The position numbers and the translations under genes were made by a program. 64,000 nt of DNA from Auanema rhodensis. Taxonomy: Eukaryota > Animalia > Nematoda. The notes under the pieces were generated by a model. That model was not told where the DNA came from. It was given only the letters and a program-made list of their open reading frames with translations, and did not search any database. How positions within the stretch are numbered: position 1 is the first letter of the stretch; each line of letters begins with the position of its first letter. The stretch lies in the NCBI GenBank assembly GCA_964057225.1, contig OZ059896.1, positions 6,448,001 to 6,512,000 on the forward strand, written 5' to 3'. This document shows, piece after piece, positions 1 to 13,588 of the stretch.

Positions 1-2688
1 TTATTCATAAAATAATAGATGACAGGGTTGAAAACAGTTGAAGACATTCCTAACCAATATATATTTATATAAATATATAATTGTGTCTAAAACAGTATTT
101 ATAAATAAAAATTAAGAATATTAAACTAATCAAACCATGTGATCATTTGGTTTCGGAAGAAAATCAGCTAGGACGAAGTAGGTGTTATACGGAAACCAAA
201 CAACCATAAAAATGAAAACTACTAGTCCTAACATGACGGATGCCTATAGTATATCAATTTAATTTATGACATCTTGTACAAAGTTTGATGAATAATCATT
301 TATTATAGATTATAACTTACTCTTCGTTTTGCTGCTATAGATTTAGCGTGCTGCGAATCTCCAACACATTTACTTTTACGTAGAACAGTTCCAACTCGAA
401 AATAAGCGCAAGCCAAAATGAGTAATGGTATAAAGTACTGAACTATTACCAGTCCAGATGTATATCTTAAATTATAAAATTTAAAACAAAAACTTTCTTT
501 TTGAGTTTTTTTTAGACTTTTCCACTAAATTTTTAAAAGTTTTCAATGCAATTTTCTTGGAATCCATATTATGTCTTACATCTTCTGGTTTGACTTATTT
601 TGCAACACTAACAATGATATAATCTCATTTTTCTTTCAGAAAAATCATGGATCATTAGAACTTTGAATTTATCTTGTATCTCTCTAGAGAGACTTCAGGC
701 ATTGATATACGGAAACAGCAACAGCAAATGACACTAAGAACGGAGAGCGACATAAGAAACTCACAATTTGCCCCAAGGGTATTCTACCGGATAATTATCT
801 GCCATACATACAATGTGTTCATACAATGTTTCTCCGTCATAAAAATATTGACGTTCAATCTGGAAGTTGTCATGTTAATACGTTTCTTCAAGTACAAATA
901 TATATACTTTGGAAAAGAAGTAGCTTGGTAAACCACATAGTATTGCTAACAGCCAAACTGCCCAAATTGTAGCTCCAGTAGATCTTCGGCTCATACGAGG
1001 TCTTAATGGATGAACAATAGCCCAATATCTAAAATAAAATTTTAATAAATATTTATATTTCATAGATCTCAGTGCTTAGAAGTTAAATTATATTTTCTAA
1101 TGAAAAGGTTAATACCTGTCAATGCTCATGGCTATCATTGTGAAAACACTTGCACATATTGGAGTAATACCCATAAGATTATTCACACGACAGTAATAAA
1201 GTCCAAATCTGAAAATATATTTGTATAGATTAGTGAATAAGTAAATTAGTAAATAGAAATATATATATATATATATATAAAACTCTATATTATACTCTGA
1301 ATCCCTTTGAAATAGTCTAGGACAACTTTGATCAAGTTTTAGAGAACGAACATAACCATAAAGTATGATGTCTCCTTCTATATATCTTATTTTCTTCTTA
1401 AGTGTTTCTCAAAAAGTTCTACTTTTTGTCACATTCAGTTCTATCGTTTTCCTTATATCTCTATCTCTATCCCTCTTTCTTTCTTTCTCTCTCTCTCTCT
1501 CAGCGAAAAAAGAAAAAAATGCTATGCATATCAACGACTATTTTTTTCTGTTTTACATCTATTTCAATTTTTTCCAGATAAATTGTTTGAAAAAATAGAT
1601 GCATAAAGCCTATATGATGGCATTTGGTCTGAAAATGGTCTAATCTCTAGAGAGATTTGACTTAGTTTCTCATCAATATGTCTACGTATCCTTTAACATA
1701 AACAGAAATATATAAGATATATATAGTCTAAAGTATATGTACTTCGATAATTTATCATATTTGATCATTATTTGAAACCTTTAGTCATCTTCAAATGAAC
1801 AATATTGAATGTTAAGTTCATGTCTGTTGTATATCAACGATTGTTTTAGTCTCAAATAAAGTATAATCATGATTAAAGCACATAACTAGAACATGAAGTG
1901 AACCCCAAAAAATGAAATTTCCTTGTTTTCATGGGGAATATCATGATGTTTCAATCTATCTCTATATGAAATCTTGTACTTTATATGTTATGAAAAACTT
2001 TATTATTATTTTCATTTTGTTTCAAAAGGAGCATTAAACAGTATAATAATTATAATTTTATAATTGATTTATCATTTTTTTCAAAGTAGAAGCCTATAAG
2101 TACACTTCCAATATACATATATGTACATATAGCTTCTATTATTCAGGAGATGATCAAGTTTTTTATTAAAATTTTTATAAAATCTCTTAAAATAATTAAA
2201 AAACAATTATTTTATTATATATTATTGTGTTTATCAAATTATTATTAAACTATGTTGTTTATTTTTTTTTATTAATAATTTAAATATTTAAATTTTAAAA
2301 TGTATGAATAGCCTAAACAAAAAAAAAAGTAGAAATCTTATAACAATTTATATGAATTATACTGTATAAAATTTCTTTAAAATAAAAACTTTCTTTCAAT
2401 TAAAATGTTTTTACAAATCTATAGAAAGGATAACTATTTTACTTTTCTTATGATTTTATAAATTTTATATGAATAAAGTCAAATATACTACGTCAAACTT
2501 TTAATCGACATAAACAGGTGATATAACTGACATCTGGTTAATATCTTTTTGTGTAATTGAAATATGAAAATGTTATTTGCAAGTCAATGTCAAATTAGAC
2601 AAAAAATCTTTTTATCTAGTAAAGTATTAGATGAAAATTATAATTTATAGTAAGTGAGCAAGGTAACGTAGGAAATAGAGAGAGAGAG

Positions 2689-2748
<60 letters not shown>

Positions 2749-4125
2749 TACTCAAAGAAACAATTGAAGTTGTATTAGAATTTTGGAAATCCTTACAAAT
2801 GACATGAGGCAATTATTAGATGAAAGGAAAGGAATAAGAAATTAGTAATAACATATGATGATTGACTAATGTTTAAAATGATTTTCAAAATGACATATAA
2901 ATTTCATTTTTTTTTAAATATATGAAATATTTATATTATTTATAATTATTTTTTTATATAATAAAGGTTATAAGATTGTTCAAGATATGTGTATTATAAT
3001 CCTTGATCAGTAATTATATGATACTAACTATAATACAAGTTAGATATATGTATGTACATAGTATGTATAGTAAATTATCTAATAAAATAGAGAGATAATA
3101 TAATTCATTTAAATAATTATATTAATTTATGATTAATATATAGATAATATAATATAAATTAATTTATAAGATTATAATTATTATTTTAATTATAATCAAT
3201 TTTTAAAAACAAAAAAAAATACAAAAATGGTATGAAGGAATACGAACTAAATGAATAATTTATATAAAAATATGAAGAAGAGATTATTCATTTAAAAGAA
3301 AAAACATTATGTTCAGGTTAAAGTTTTACTATTTTTATTTGTTTTATCTTATAATTAAAATTAATAATCTTTTTTAAAAATAAAAATGAAATTGAAAAAT
3401 AGGTCAAAGAGACAAGATATTCCCCTTTTCTAATACTTTGAATATCTTGATCACTCTTACTTTATATCTCTTCCTCTTTCATTTTCTTTGCAATTGCAGG
3501 AAAACTTGATTATAAGTAGAAAGTAAATGAGTTATTTGCTAATTTCATATATGACATTTGCATTTCTCAATAGATGATGGTCAAGTCAAATCTAGTAAAA
3601 TTCGATAAAATTCTTCTTCTCTCAATTATGAAGAAATATGAATCAGATAGAAATATTATATAAAATAATAATTCAAAAGATAATATAATTTAATTTACTA
3701 TGTTTAAAGAATACTAAGACTTCCTTTTCTCTCAAATCGTCTTAGTTTCTCTCTACTTATTTACATAAATGCATCTCTCTTCATATATGACAACATCATC
3801 CTCTTAATTTCAAATTATTTTAGAGCTTCTTTATTTCATTTAATTTTTGGAAACATATTTATAAATGCTGTATATAGGTTATATTATAAAGTTTATCATA
3901 AATATATATATATATATATATCATGATTTTTATCTAATTAAATAAGATTATATTCAAAAATAGATGAAGCCTGTCTTTCTAATTCTTAAAATTCCTCACA
4001 ACCTACACCCCCCCCCCCTTTCTTTCAAATGATTTTACAATTTTACAAAGATGGCAACTATCAGAACAAAATTTATAAAATATTCTATATCCTTTCTCTC
4101 ACTTTTCTTTCTTAGTTATTCTCTC

Positions 4126-4186
<61 letters not shown>

Positions 4187-6147
4187 ATTGCTCTTTTCTT
4201 ATCTCTTTCTCTCTCTCTCTCTATCTTTATTGCTCTTTTCTTATCTCTCTATCTCTCTCTCTCTCTCTTCAAAGATATCAATTGTTTTCTATTGTTTTTC
4301 TTTTTATCTTTTTATTCCGTCTGCTGACAATATTTAGTTTTTTCCATAAAAAGAAGAAAATGCAAAGAAAATGAAAGGACTCACATCCATTGATAATAGA
4401 AGTTGTAAGTCCAAGAGAAGCCAGTATTAAATATAGAAATTGATGCATCAGCAATTGCTAAATTAAGAAGAAAATAATTGGTTATAGTCCTCATAGATCG
4501 ATGTCGTAATACAATCCTATAAATAAAAATAAAAATAATAAATAAATTTAAATAAACATTATTTATTTAAATTTTTTAAAATATTTCAATCATTTTAAAA
4601 CTTTTTCCCTTTATTTATTGTCAAATACTATGATCATAAATTAAAATTAACGAAATTTAACAGATTTGCTGTTATCGATATAGCAGGTGGAAATGATCTT
4701 TTGATTATTCAGCCGCCTACTATTCAGTTTTATCTCTTCTCTCTAAATCTCTATTACTATAACCATATATATATATATATATAGTTTATAATGAATGTAT
4801 AAGAACGTACTTCATAAGAATATCAAGAATATATATATATATATATATATACATGTGTTTATATGTATTTGATCCAATTTATAAGAAAGACAACAAAAAT
4901 ATAATTAATAGTTTTACTTGTTATTTATTATCTTCAAAAAAATCAAATAGCTTCATCATGAACAGATGAAACGAAGGAAAAAAGCAGATAGACGAATACA
5001 AATTATAAAAGGAATAGGAATATACATATGTATACATGATATGTATAAGAAAATTGTAAAAGTCAATATTTCTATCATTAAAATCAGCAAAAGAAATCAA
5101 ATTTCTTTATTTGAATTCAAAATATTCTTAAAGTTTATATAAAATTAAATAAGAATTCATAAGAAATGTATTTCATTTTAAACAACAAAGAATGAAAATT
5201 CAATTTTTGACACAAAAGGTCAATTGCGTATGAGAATTCTGAACTTCAAAGAAACATCTTTGATGATTTTTGGAACGTTCTTCTTTAAACATTCACTTTG
5301 ATTATGCAGGTTTTTTTTCTTTTTTTTTCTCCTTCTCAACTGCTTCATCAATATGTTCTCTATCCCCTTCGAAGCTCAAGACATATGAAAATCCCAAAAG
5401 AATCATTGCAAACAATCATGTTGTCCTAATCCTTCTGTGCATAAACAAGAGCTTTTCCTTTCGACAATTTCAAAGTCCCAGGACAATTGTTTCAACTACA
5501 GATATATCGAGAAGTTGAAGTAGAATAGTATATGAGATGCATAAATTTCTCCGAAAACTTTCAATCACATGGAGATGACTGTTTTTTTTAATTTTTGGAG
5601 AGAAAGGAACTGTTCTACAAAAACGAAGAATTAACAGTAGTACTGTTACTTCTGATTTAAGAAAATGTTAAAAACTTCATATATAGCTTTAGGGATTAAA
5701 GATTAGAAACAATAATTTATTTATAATTAAGTGAAAATCTTTAAATCATACTTATTTTGAATATTTAAATCAATTATTTAAAATAAAAAGAAAATAAAAA
5801 AATTTTATAACATACCACATAACCGTGAAGTTTCCAACCAAAGCAAGCAAAATTGTTATAGAAAACAGTAAAATATAGAAAATTTGGATCCAAATAGGAT
5901 GAACGAATGGGAATTCTTCACAATGTAATCCGATGTTATAAGTACTTCTGATGTAATCATCAATCATTGGGCACATACAGTTCTCGTCAGATCTCATCAC
6001 ATCCATTATATATGTTTCGTTAACATCAGAAGCTGATATTCTATTCTTTTCAATAGCCAACTGACGAATTTGAGATTTGAGGTCATTTAGTGTCCTGAAA
6101 CACATCGCGTAATTTGTTTTTTTTTCTGCACTAAAATCCATTTTCAT
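1..6147 (-). CDS. tkr-2: Tachykinin-receptor-like class A GPCR (tkr-2 orthologue), at least 8 coding exons, 3' end beyond the left edge
   Basis: Spliced translation gives PFVHPIWIQIFYILLFSITILLALVGNFTVMW / IVLRHRSMRTITNYFLLNLAIADASISIFNTGFSWTYNFYYQW (~4385-4518) / YCRVNNLMGITPICASVFTMIAMSIDRY / QYFIPLLILACAY / VWFPYN / YWLGMSSTVFNPVIYYFMN. DRY, WxP and NPxxY motifs are present, with GT-AG junctions. Closely resembles C. elegans TKR-2 as recalled. Confidence 0.9.
2677..2746. repeat. (AG)n microsatellite
   Basis: Long GAGAGA run in a GPCR intron. Similar CT/AG tracts occur at ~4121-4268, 7305-7353, 10588-10667, 10957-11001, 49680-49800 and 52424-52487. Confidence 0.95.
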
Positions 6148-9100
6148 TACTACATGTTTTCAAATTTTAGTTGTGGAATATTTAAAAATCAAAAATTTTC
6201 TAAATATTTTCTTCTAATCTGCTATAATAGCTCTTAAGCACATTTATCAGTTATATCGCGACAAAATGTCATTTATATCTACATTTTAACTAAAAGACAA
6301 GTAAAAAATTTAAAAATATACATATGAAAGAGATTAGATGAAAAGAAATCTGGAAAAAATCAAAGATACTATACTAATAAATGAATAAATTAAAATTTTT
6401 AAATTATATTATATTATAGTTATTAACTTCTTTTGTAATTAAAATATTCATGAAAAATATAATGTGTAAAAGTCATATAACACGGAAAAGGTAAGAAATA
6501 TTTTAATTGGAAAGATACAGATGGATATTCAACAACATGGATACTAATGAAAAAAAGGATTTGTATGGTTCTATTCATTAAAAACCTATTTCTCATTATC
6601 TTACCTGAGTAATGAAGTTTCAGAAAAAGACTCAAGCGTCCACTGGCAGGAGGTCATCTCGGGCATCTGCATAACCGACCGCGGTTTCAGTGTGACACTA
6701 AGCCACGCCTACACTCTGTATGCCTGGCTATTTAAAAGAGAAGGAAACAAGAAAAAGTGAAAAAAAAAACGAATAAAATGTTTTAAAAAGATAAAGGGAG
6801 AATACAAAATATTCTCAATGTAATTTTAAAATGGATGAAACAAAAGAAAATGAGGTAATAGCTTTGGTTAGATCAAAAGAAAAATAAGAGTTATTTATAT
6901 AAAATTATCGTATAAGATGTATGTATATAGTGATTATTATGAATTTAAACTTTAATATAAGTTGATTGATGATCTTATAAACCTTATACAGGAGAGTTTA
7001 TCTGTGAACAATACATTTCAAAAGTAAAAAGAAATATTTAATAAAGAAAAACAGAAAAAATAATAGATTTTTATAGAACCATATGGTTTAGATAGAATAA
7101 AATATCTTCTAATATTTGTAATATGCCCAAAAAAAATTATGTGACAACATGAATTTTTTAATATTAGAGAGATGCCTGATCTCAAAACTGAAAAACAAAA
7201 AATTGAAGTGTCAAGAAAGTATTTGAGTGACTCAATATGAAAATTTAAACTGAAATGCAAGGATATTTGGAATCTGTCTATATTCAGTTCTTCTTATTAT
7301 CTACCTCTCTCTCTCTATATCTCTCTCTCTCCCTCTCTCTCTCCCTCTCTCTCTATATATATATATATCTTTTCATTCAATGAGTTTTTGCCTGTTTATT
7401 TTCAAGCATATTCTTTATTTCAATTAAGAAGTTTAGAGAATATAACAAACGTTTTCAGGAATAAGACAAAGAATGACGTAAAGATTAAGAAAAAAAAATT
7501 AAACGAACATCATTATTATTTCAATTCGTCAAGATTGAGGTTTATTTGATTATTTGAAGTTCTTCTTCACAAAATGGCATATGATTACTATATATACATC
7601 TATACTAATTTCAGATTTTAATCCTTTTCCATGTTTAGTAAAAAAGAAATCACAGAAAAATGAAGAAACTGATCATGTTGTCATTGAAATTTCAAAATTA
7701 TTAGCATTTCCCATGTAACTAATTCTAATTCTTTATTTCACAAAAAAAGGAGTTAATATGAAAACACTACAAATTTCTTTATGTTTAATAGACAATTTCA
7801 TTCATCGGTCACTGAGTACAATTAAAATTTTAAATTCCGTCCATGCTAAAGATTGTTGTTTATTTATTTTATTCTAAAATAAAGATTTTTTTTTAAATAA
7901 ATATGTATATTATTAATAAAAATAAGAAAATTTGAAATTATTTTTTAAAAACTTAATTCTTTTGGATTTTGTCAATTTATTCAAATATACAATACTATGA
8001 ACAATTAAAATTGTTAAAAGAAAATTATAAATTTTATAAAAGTAATCCAAAAGAATTTTCATAAAAACTAAAAAGAGCAAAAGAATAAATGAGAGAGAAA
8101 AGAGAGGGTGAAGAAATGTGTTCAAGAATATTTGTTTAATAAACACAAAAATTGAAATTTTGAAACAAGATGTAGGAACTACAAAATCTAAAATATCAAA
8201 ATTATATGAGAATTATTACAATGATGCAATTTTTCGTTCACCTTTCAACGACATTTAAACGATTTCGAGCTTGGTGCCAACCAAACGTCAAGAGAAATCA
8301 GACAACATTGGGGGAGGGGGAGGAGCATTGCAAGGTTTAGGAAATAGTGAGACAAGATATGGCTGTGAAAGATAAAATTTTAACTCGAAAACTCTGTTGT
8401 GAAAGCTCATAAGTTCAGATAAGAGTAGACTTGAGACAACTTTAAAATGTTTTCAGTATCACAACTTTCAAGGAAATAAAATGGCAGTGTGGACGAAGTT
8501 CATTGAAGTGCATACCAGCGTTGCTGAAAATTTGAGAAATAGCATTGATATACATCATGTTTTGTATTGCCTTTCTTGTATTAGACTACTCGAGCAGATA
8601 CAAGTAAAACATAAGAAGAATAAAACCAATAAAAGGATGGAAGATTAAAAGTAAAATAGATACAACTAACTTAATCTCACACTAGACCAGGAAGAAGTTT
8701 AGTAACAATTGAATGAAATGAATCAAAAATAATAGTTAAGGTATAGAAATGTTGCGATTATAGAAGCATAAACGATGAATGAATTAAGAAGTTCTCTCCC
8801 GAATTTACTAAGCTTTTGCCATTAACTAACCACTTTGTTGTTTGGTGATTAATCTGATATTAGATGGCAATTTACATAGCTTATGCAAATGTACTAGGTC
8901 GAAATACTAACATCAAAATGAAATTTATGAGGCTTACGCAGATGATATTAATGATTTATTGGAAAAAAAAGGAATTGACTCATGATAATGGTGATGAGAA
9001 TGACGTTCATGATGTCAATGATGATGATCATCATACTGCCTGGATTATACAAATAAAAAAAACTTGAGAGGAATTTAATAAAATCTAATAAAATGATAGT

Positions 9101-9198
9101 CAAAATAATAAAAAAATATCAAGTATATTACAATTCTAGTAATTGATTTGTTATGAAGACTACTAACAATTGCAATTCAATTTGATATATGAAGATGG

Positions 9199-9315
9199 AT
9201 GTATATGGTTATATTGCTCACGTATAGTTAAGAATATATATACTATATATGTATATATGTATATATGTATATAAATATATTCTTAACTATACGTGAGCAA
9301 TATAACCATATACAT
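9199..9315. repeat. Perfect 41-bp inverted repeat with a 35-bp TA-rich spacer
   Basis: ATGTATATGGTTATATTGCTCACGTATAGTTAAGAATATAT (9199-9239) is the exact reverse complement of 9275-9315. Confidence 0.9.
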
Positions 9316-10588
9316 ATCTATATATGTATAGTATTTATAATTTTATTTTAAGATAATAAATATAAATATTTAACAATATTGAAATAAATAAACTGTTTAT
9401 AAACAACTATTTTAAAGATTAAAAAAAAGGATTACTTAATAACAAATTAACTTAAATCTTCGTAATCATATTTTAATATAATTGTCAAATATTATATACT
9501 ATATATACTATATATATATATATAATATTTATATATTTATATATGGATAGGGACTAAAGATTGTTAGCTCAGTATGCTTATTGAAGTTACACTTCTATAA
9601 AAGCTATTTTGATCTTATTGTTCTATTTCCTTCACATTATCATCATTAATACTACTTTAGTTAAAGAAAAAATACACAGATATTGAAAACAAAACAGTTT
9701 TTCTAAGGAAAACGATAGAAATAGAGAACAATGGAATGAAAAGCCTCCATTTACATCAGCGTCAAATTTTTTATTTTCATAAATGTCAGTAGTACATTCT
9801 GTTGTACATAGTTACTAGTTACTTTTAGAGATATGTACAAAATTTTTACGAATAATTAAAAATGTTTATTATCATATATTATATAGTTAATATAGATATA
9901 TAAACAATAAAAACAATATAATAATTTAATAAAAGATCTAATAATAATTAGAACATTTAATTTAAAAAGAAAAAAAAAGGAGAAGATTAAACTAATCAAT
10001 GAACTATGTTATCTTTGTATAATTTTTATAAGGTTAAATCTAACTCGTGTCTGTTAACATTGTTCTTATTAAAGTTAAATCTTCTAGAAATATTTATTTT
10101 TCTCTCTTTATATGTATATATCCTTGTATTTTGTTATTACAAACTATAAGCACGTTAACACCATGTTTTGCGATGAAGTTTTTTTTAAAAAAAACGAATA
10201 ATGAAACTATTTTGTTTTAATGATAAAAGAAAAAAGAAATGTGTATCTGTTAAACAATACTAAACGAAACAAAATTTTAAAGAGAAATGATACTTAAATT
10301 ATTTTAGTTTTGATTTGATCTAAGATCTTCAATCTTTTTAATTCGCTATATTTGACATGTTTTTTTGAATAAAAAATTTCGACGTCACCAACGATGTCGA
10401 TGTTGAAGGTTTAGAGTAGTAGTAGTAGAAGTAGTAGAAGTAGTAATGTAGTGTGGTTTCAAGGGATCTGTTTGAACCTTGTCAATGTTCTCCACATAAC
10501 ATAATTTTTTTTGTTACTTATGTGAAAATACTAATTGAGAGGATAAAAGGAAGAACAAATAAATTGTATTTGAAGTGTTTCAGTCTAC

Positions 10589-10667
<79 letters not shown>

Positions 10668-10970
10668 TTCAATACTAAATAATAATAATAGTAATAATAG
10701 TATTTAGATACTAAATCTGATTTATTTTATTTTTATTCTTACTTATTTCTTCTTTCTTTACAACTAAATAGTTATAGCTGTTGACTATGTTTATATATAT
10801 ATTCCTATTAAGCTTCTAAACAGTTTAGTTCACATTTTTTTTGTATGAAAGAACATCTGAAATGAAAAAAAATTTTTGAGAAAATGAATTTTTTTCCCAC
10901 AAAATTTAAAAAAAAACTCTTGTTAGTGTTATTTGAATACTTAACAACTCTCCCTTTCTCTCTCTCTCTA

Positions 10971-11023
<53 letters not shown>

Positions 11024-12398
11024 GAGCATAATATTATAAAACTTAAATACATTTATGCAGATGCGATGAAAAATATTCTTAACGGCAAAAATTCTATTGA
11101 AAATACAGATAGAATAGGAAGAACATATTCAAGATAGGAAAATACAGTAATATAATACAATTATATTTATTTTTATAACTTTATATGTATAAACTTATAA
11201 ATATTCCACATTATAATATTTAATTATTGATTTCTTATGATGAAAATTTTAAACTTTACTTTACATCTCATTTAAAGTATTTTCTTTTTTTCTTTTTTAT
11301 TTTTCTCTCTACATTTACTTATATTATACAACGTTTGACTGTTAGCTGATCTTCTTTTTTTAATTATCTTAAGGAACAAATATGGTGTGTGAAATCACTT
11401 TGTATGTTATGGCCAGACAACTTGATTGATAGCTTTTCGTTTTCATTTTAATTTTTTTTATTTTCCAGATTAACAACCAGTCAATAATATTTCCAAACTT
11501 TTTGCAACAATTTTCATGAAAAATAGACAACTTTTATTAGTTTTTCACATACAATTATTTATTCTTTTATACTTTCAGTATATAAAAGGACATTACAACA
11601 AGAAAAGATCATTCCTGCTGAATAACTTGAATATTTTATAAGAAAAAGTTTTACTTATTAGTATAAAAAATACTGTAAACAAAAGTTTTTTTCATCATGA
11701 ACCTATTTAAAACTTTGAATCATGAGAATATTAGGATATATATTTGTTCATATTTGTACTATTTAAGCTTGATTTCAAGTCCCTGCTCATCATTGACAGC
11801 ATATTTGTGTTTTCAAGTTACATCTCATCCTAATCTCGTTTAACAAACTTAAGGATTCAAATTATTTTATAAATATTCTACTCATTTATACAATTCCTGC
11901 ACTTTTAATCACAAACTTGACACTAGCACACAAAGAATCATAGAAACAGCAATCATTAATATGAATCTGTTTGAGAACATGCTTCAATTTTCTCAAATAC
12001 GTAAGATGAATTTGTTGAGAATTTGAGCAGGCTGATCACTGATTAGAGTAGCGGTAGTCATAATCAACTGAGAAAATTCATCTTTCCAACAGACATTCTT
12101 TTTTTAAAAAATATATATAACTATATAAAAAGAACTAGAACAATAATGAAACCAAAAAAAATATAAAATTTTATAAAATCTTGCACCTTTTCGCATCCAG
12201 ATAATTGGAACCAACTGTTAATATCACATTTTATATTGGGAAAATAAGTTATATATGAACAGGTACCAAAAGATATACATTTTAAACAGGTTAACTAAGG
12301 CTTGAAATGAATCTTTTTTAAATTAGATGTTCAAAATATGCACAATATATGATTCAAATTCTTTGCCATTAGAGCATACATCATTTCATCTTCTGCAA

Positions 12399-12852
12399 TC
12401 ACCTTGCCAAGTAATAAATTATGAAGAACACTAATAAGGCAAACCCAATGAGGTAAAGCATCAATTTGTGACCTAAAATACAAATTATTATTTCAAGTAT
12501 TGCTGAATAAAAGTAAAAGTATACCTCCGGCTTTTTGAACAACTTTCAACTTTCCCATAACACCCGATAAGAATCCGAAATTTGAATCAAAATCAGAGCC
12601 CATAGTATCAATATAACGATTTTGATCCCGTACTTCGTCACCAATAGATATAGCAAACTAAAAAAACAATGATAATCCAACAAAAGACAATGCTTACTCT
12701 TTTTAAGGTGTTAACTTTCTCTGACAATAGTTCAACATTGTCATCATTTTGTCGTTCTACGTAACTGTCATATCCATTACTACCAGGGCCTAAAAATAAA
12801 TAATAGAATTTCTTCATAGGAATAAAGTACCTTTCATACCACGATATGCCAT
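12399..12852 (-). CDS. nbet-1: BET1-like Qc-SNARE (ER-Golgi), 4 coding exons
   Basis: MAYRG..YDSYVERQNDDNVELLSEKVNTLKR / FAISIGDEVRDQNRYIDTMGSDFDSNFGFLSGVMGKLKVVQKAGG / HKLMLYLIGFALLVFFIIYYLAR*. This is a SNARE motif with a central Q and a C-terminal TM anchor. A TTTTCAG trans-splice-type site lies at ~12904-12910. Confidence 0.88.
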
Positions 12853-13588
12853 ACTCGAGGGATAGGATCAGCAAAACAAGTTTGATAAAAAATTAAAGCG
12901 AATCTGAAAAGAAAATACATTATAAAAGTAGAAAAAATGATCAATTTCTTCAAATTCAGTAGCCATGATATAACAAATATATATATATATATAGAAAGAG
13001 AGAGTTTAGATTAAAAATAATAATTAGTATATTGATATAATCACAATGAAGAAATTTATAATATCGATTAAAATCTATATGAACTTTGATAATATATTTA
13101 AAATTTTTAAATAATAATTTATAACTATTTAAGAGATTTATATAAGGCTACTTATCTTTAAAAGTTATATATTTATATATCTATATGCTTTAGTACACGT
13201 ATGTGTTTGCCGTATATTGCATAGTTGCTTGTAAATGTAGTACGCAATGTGCATCATCAAAGAGCTCGTGCATTCCATAAATAAGTATTGTCTATGGCTG
13301 CATTTTTATTTTATTAAATATTGCTTGAAATCATCATCATGTTATATCTGTATTGATAACATTTATCGATTCTAAATGAGCCAATATATATGTTATGTGT
13401 GATTTTTACACGACAGATCAATAGAGACTTTGATTTCACATGACTTTTATATAGTCATTCTAGTCCATTCTTCTTGTTTCTATCATTTAAGTAGAACTTT
13501 TTCTCATTTACGTTAAACTTATTATGGCTTATTTAATTTTCTAAAAAATAATAATATTATTTCAGGTGATGGTTAATACGAACTAAAA

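Noticed and set aside
4051-4374. SLSLSL-type ORFs here and at 10453, 49429 and 52334
   Set aside because: Translations of (CT)n microsatellites.
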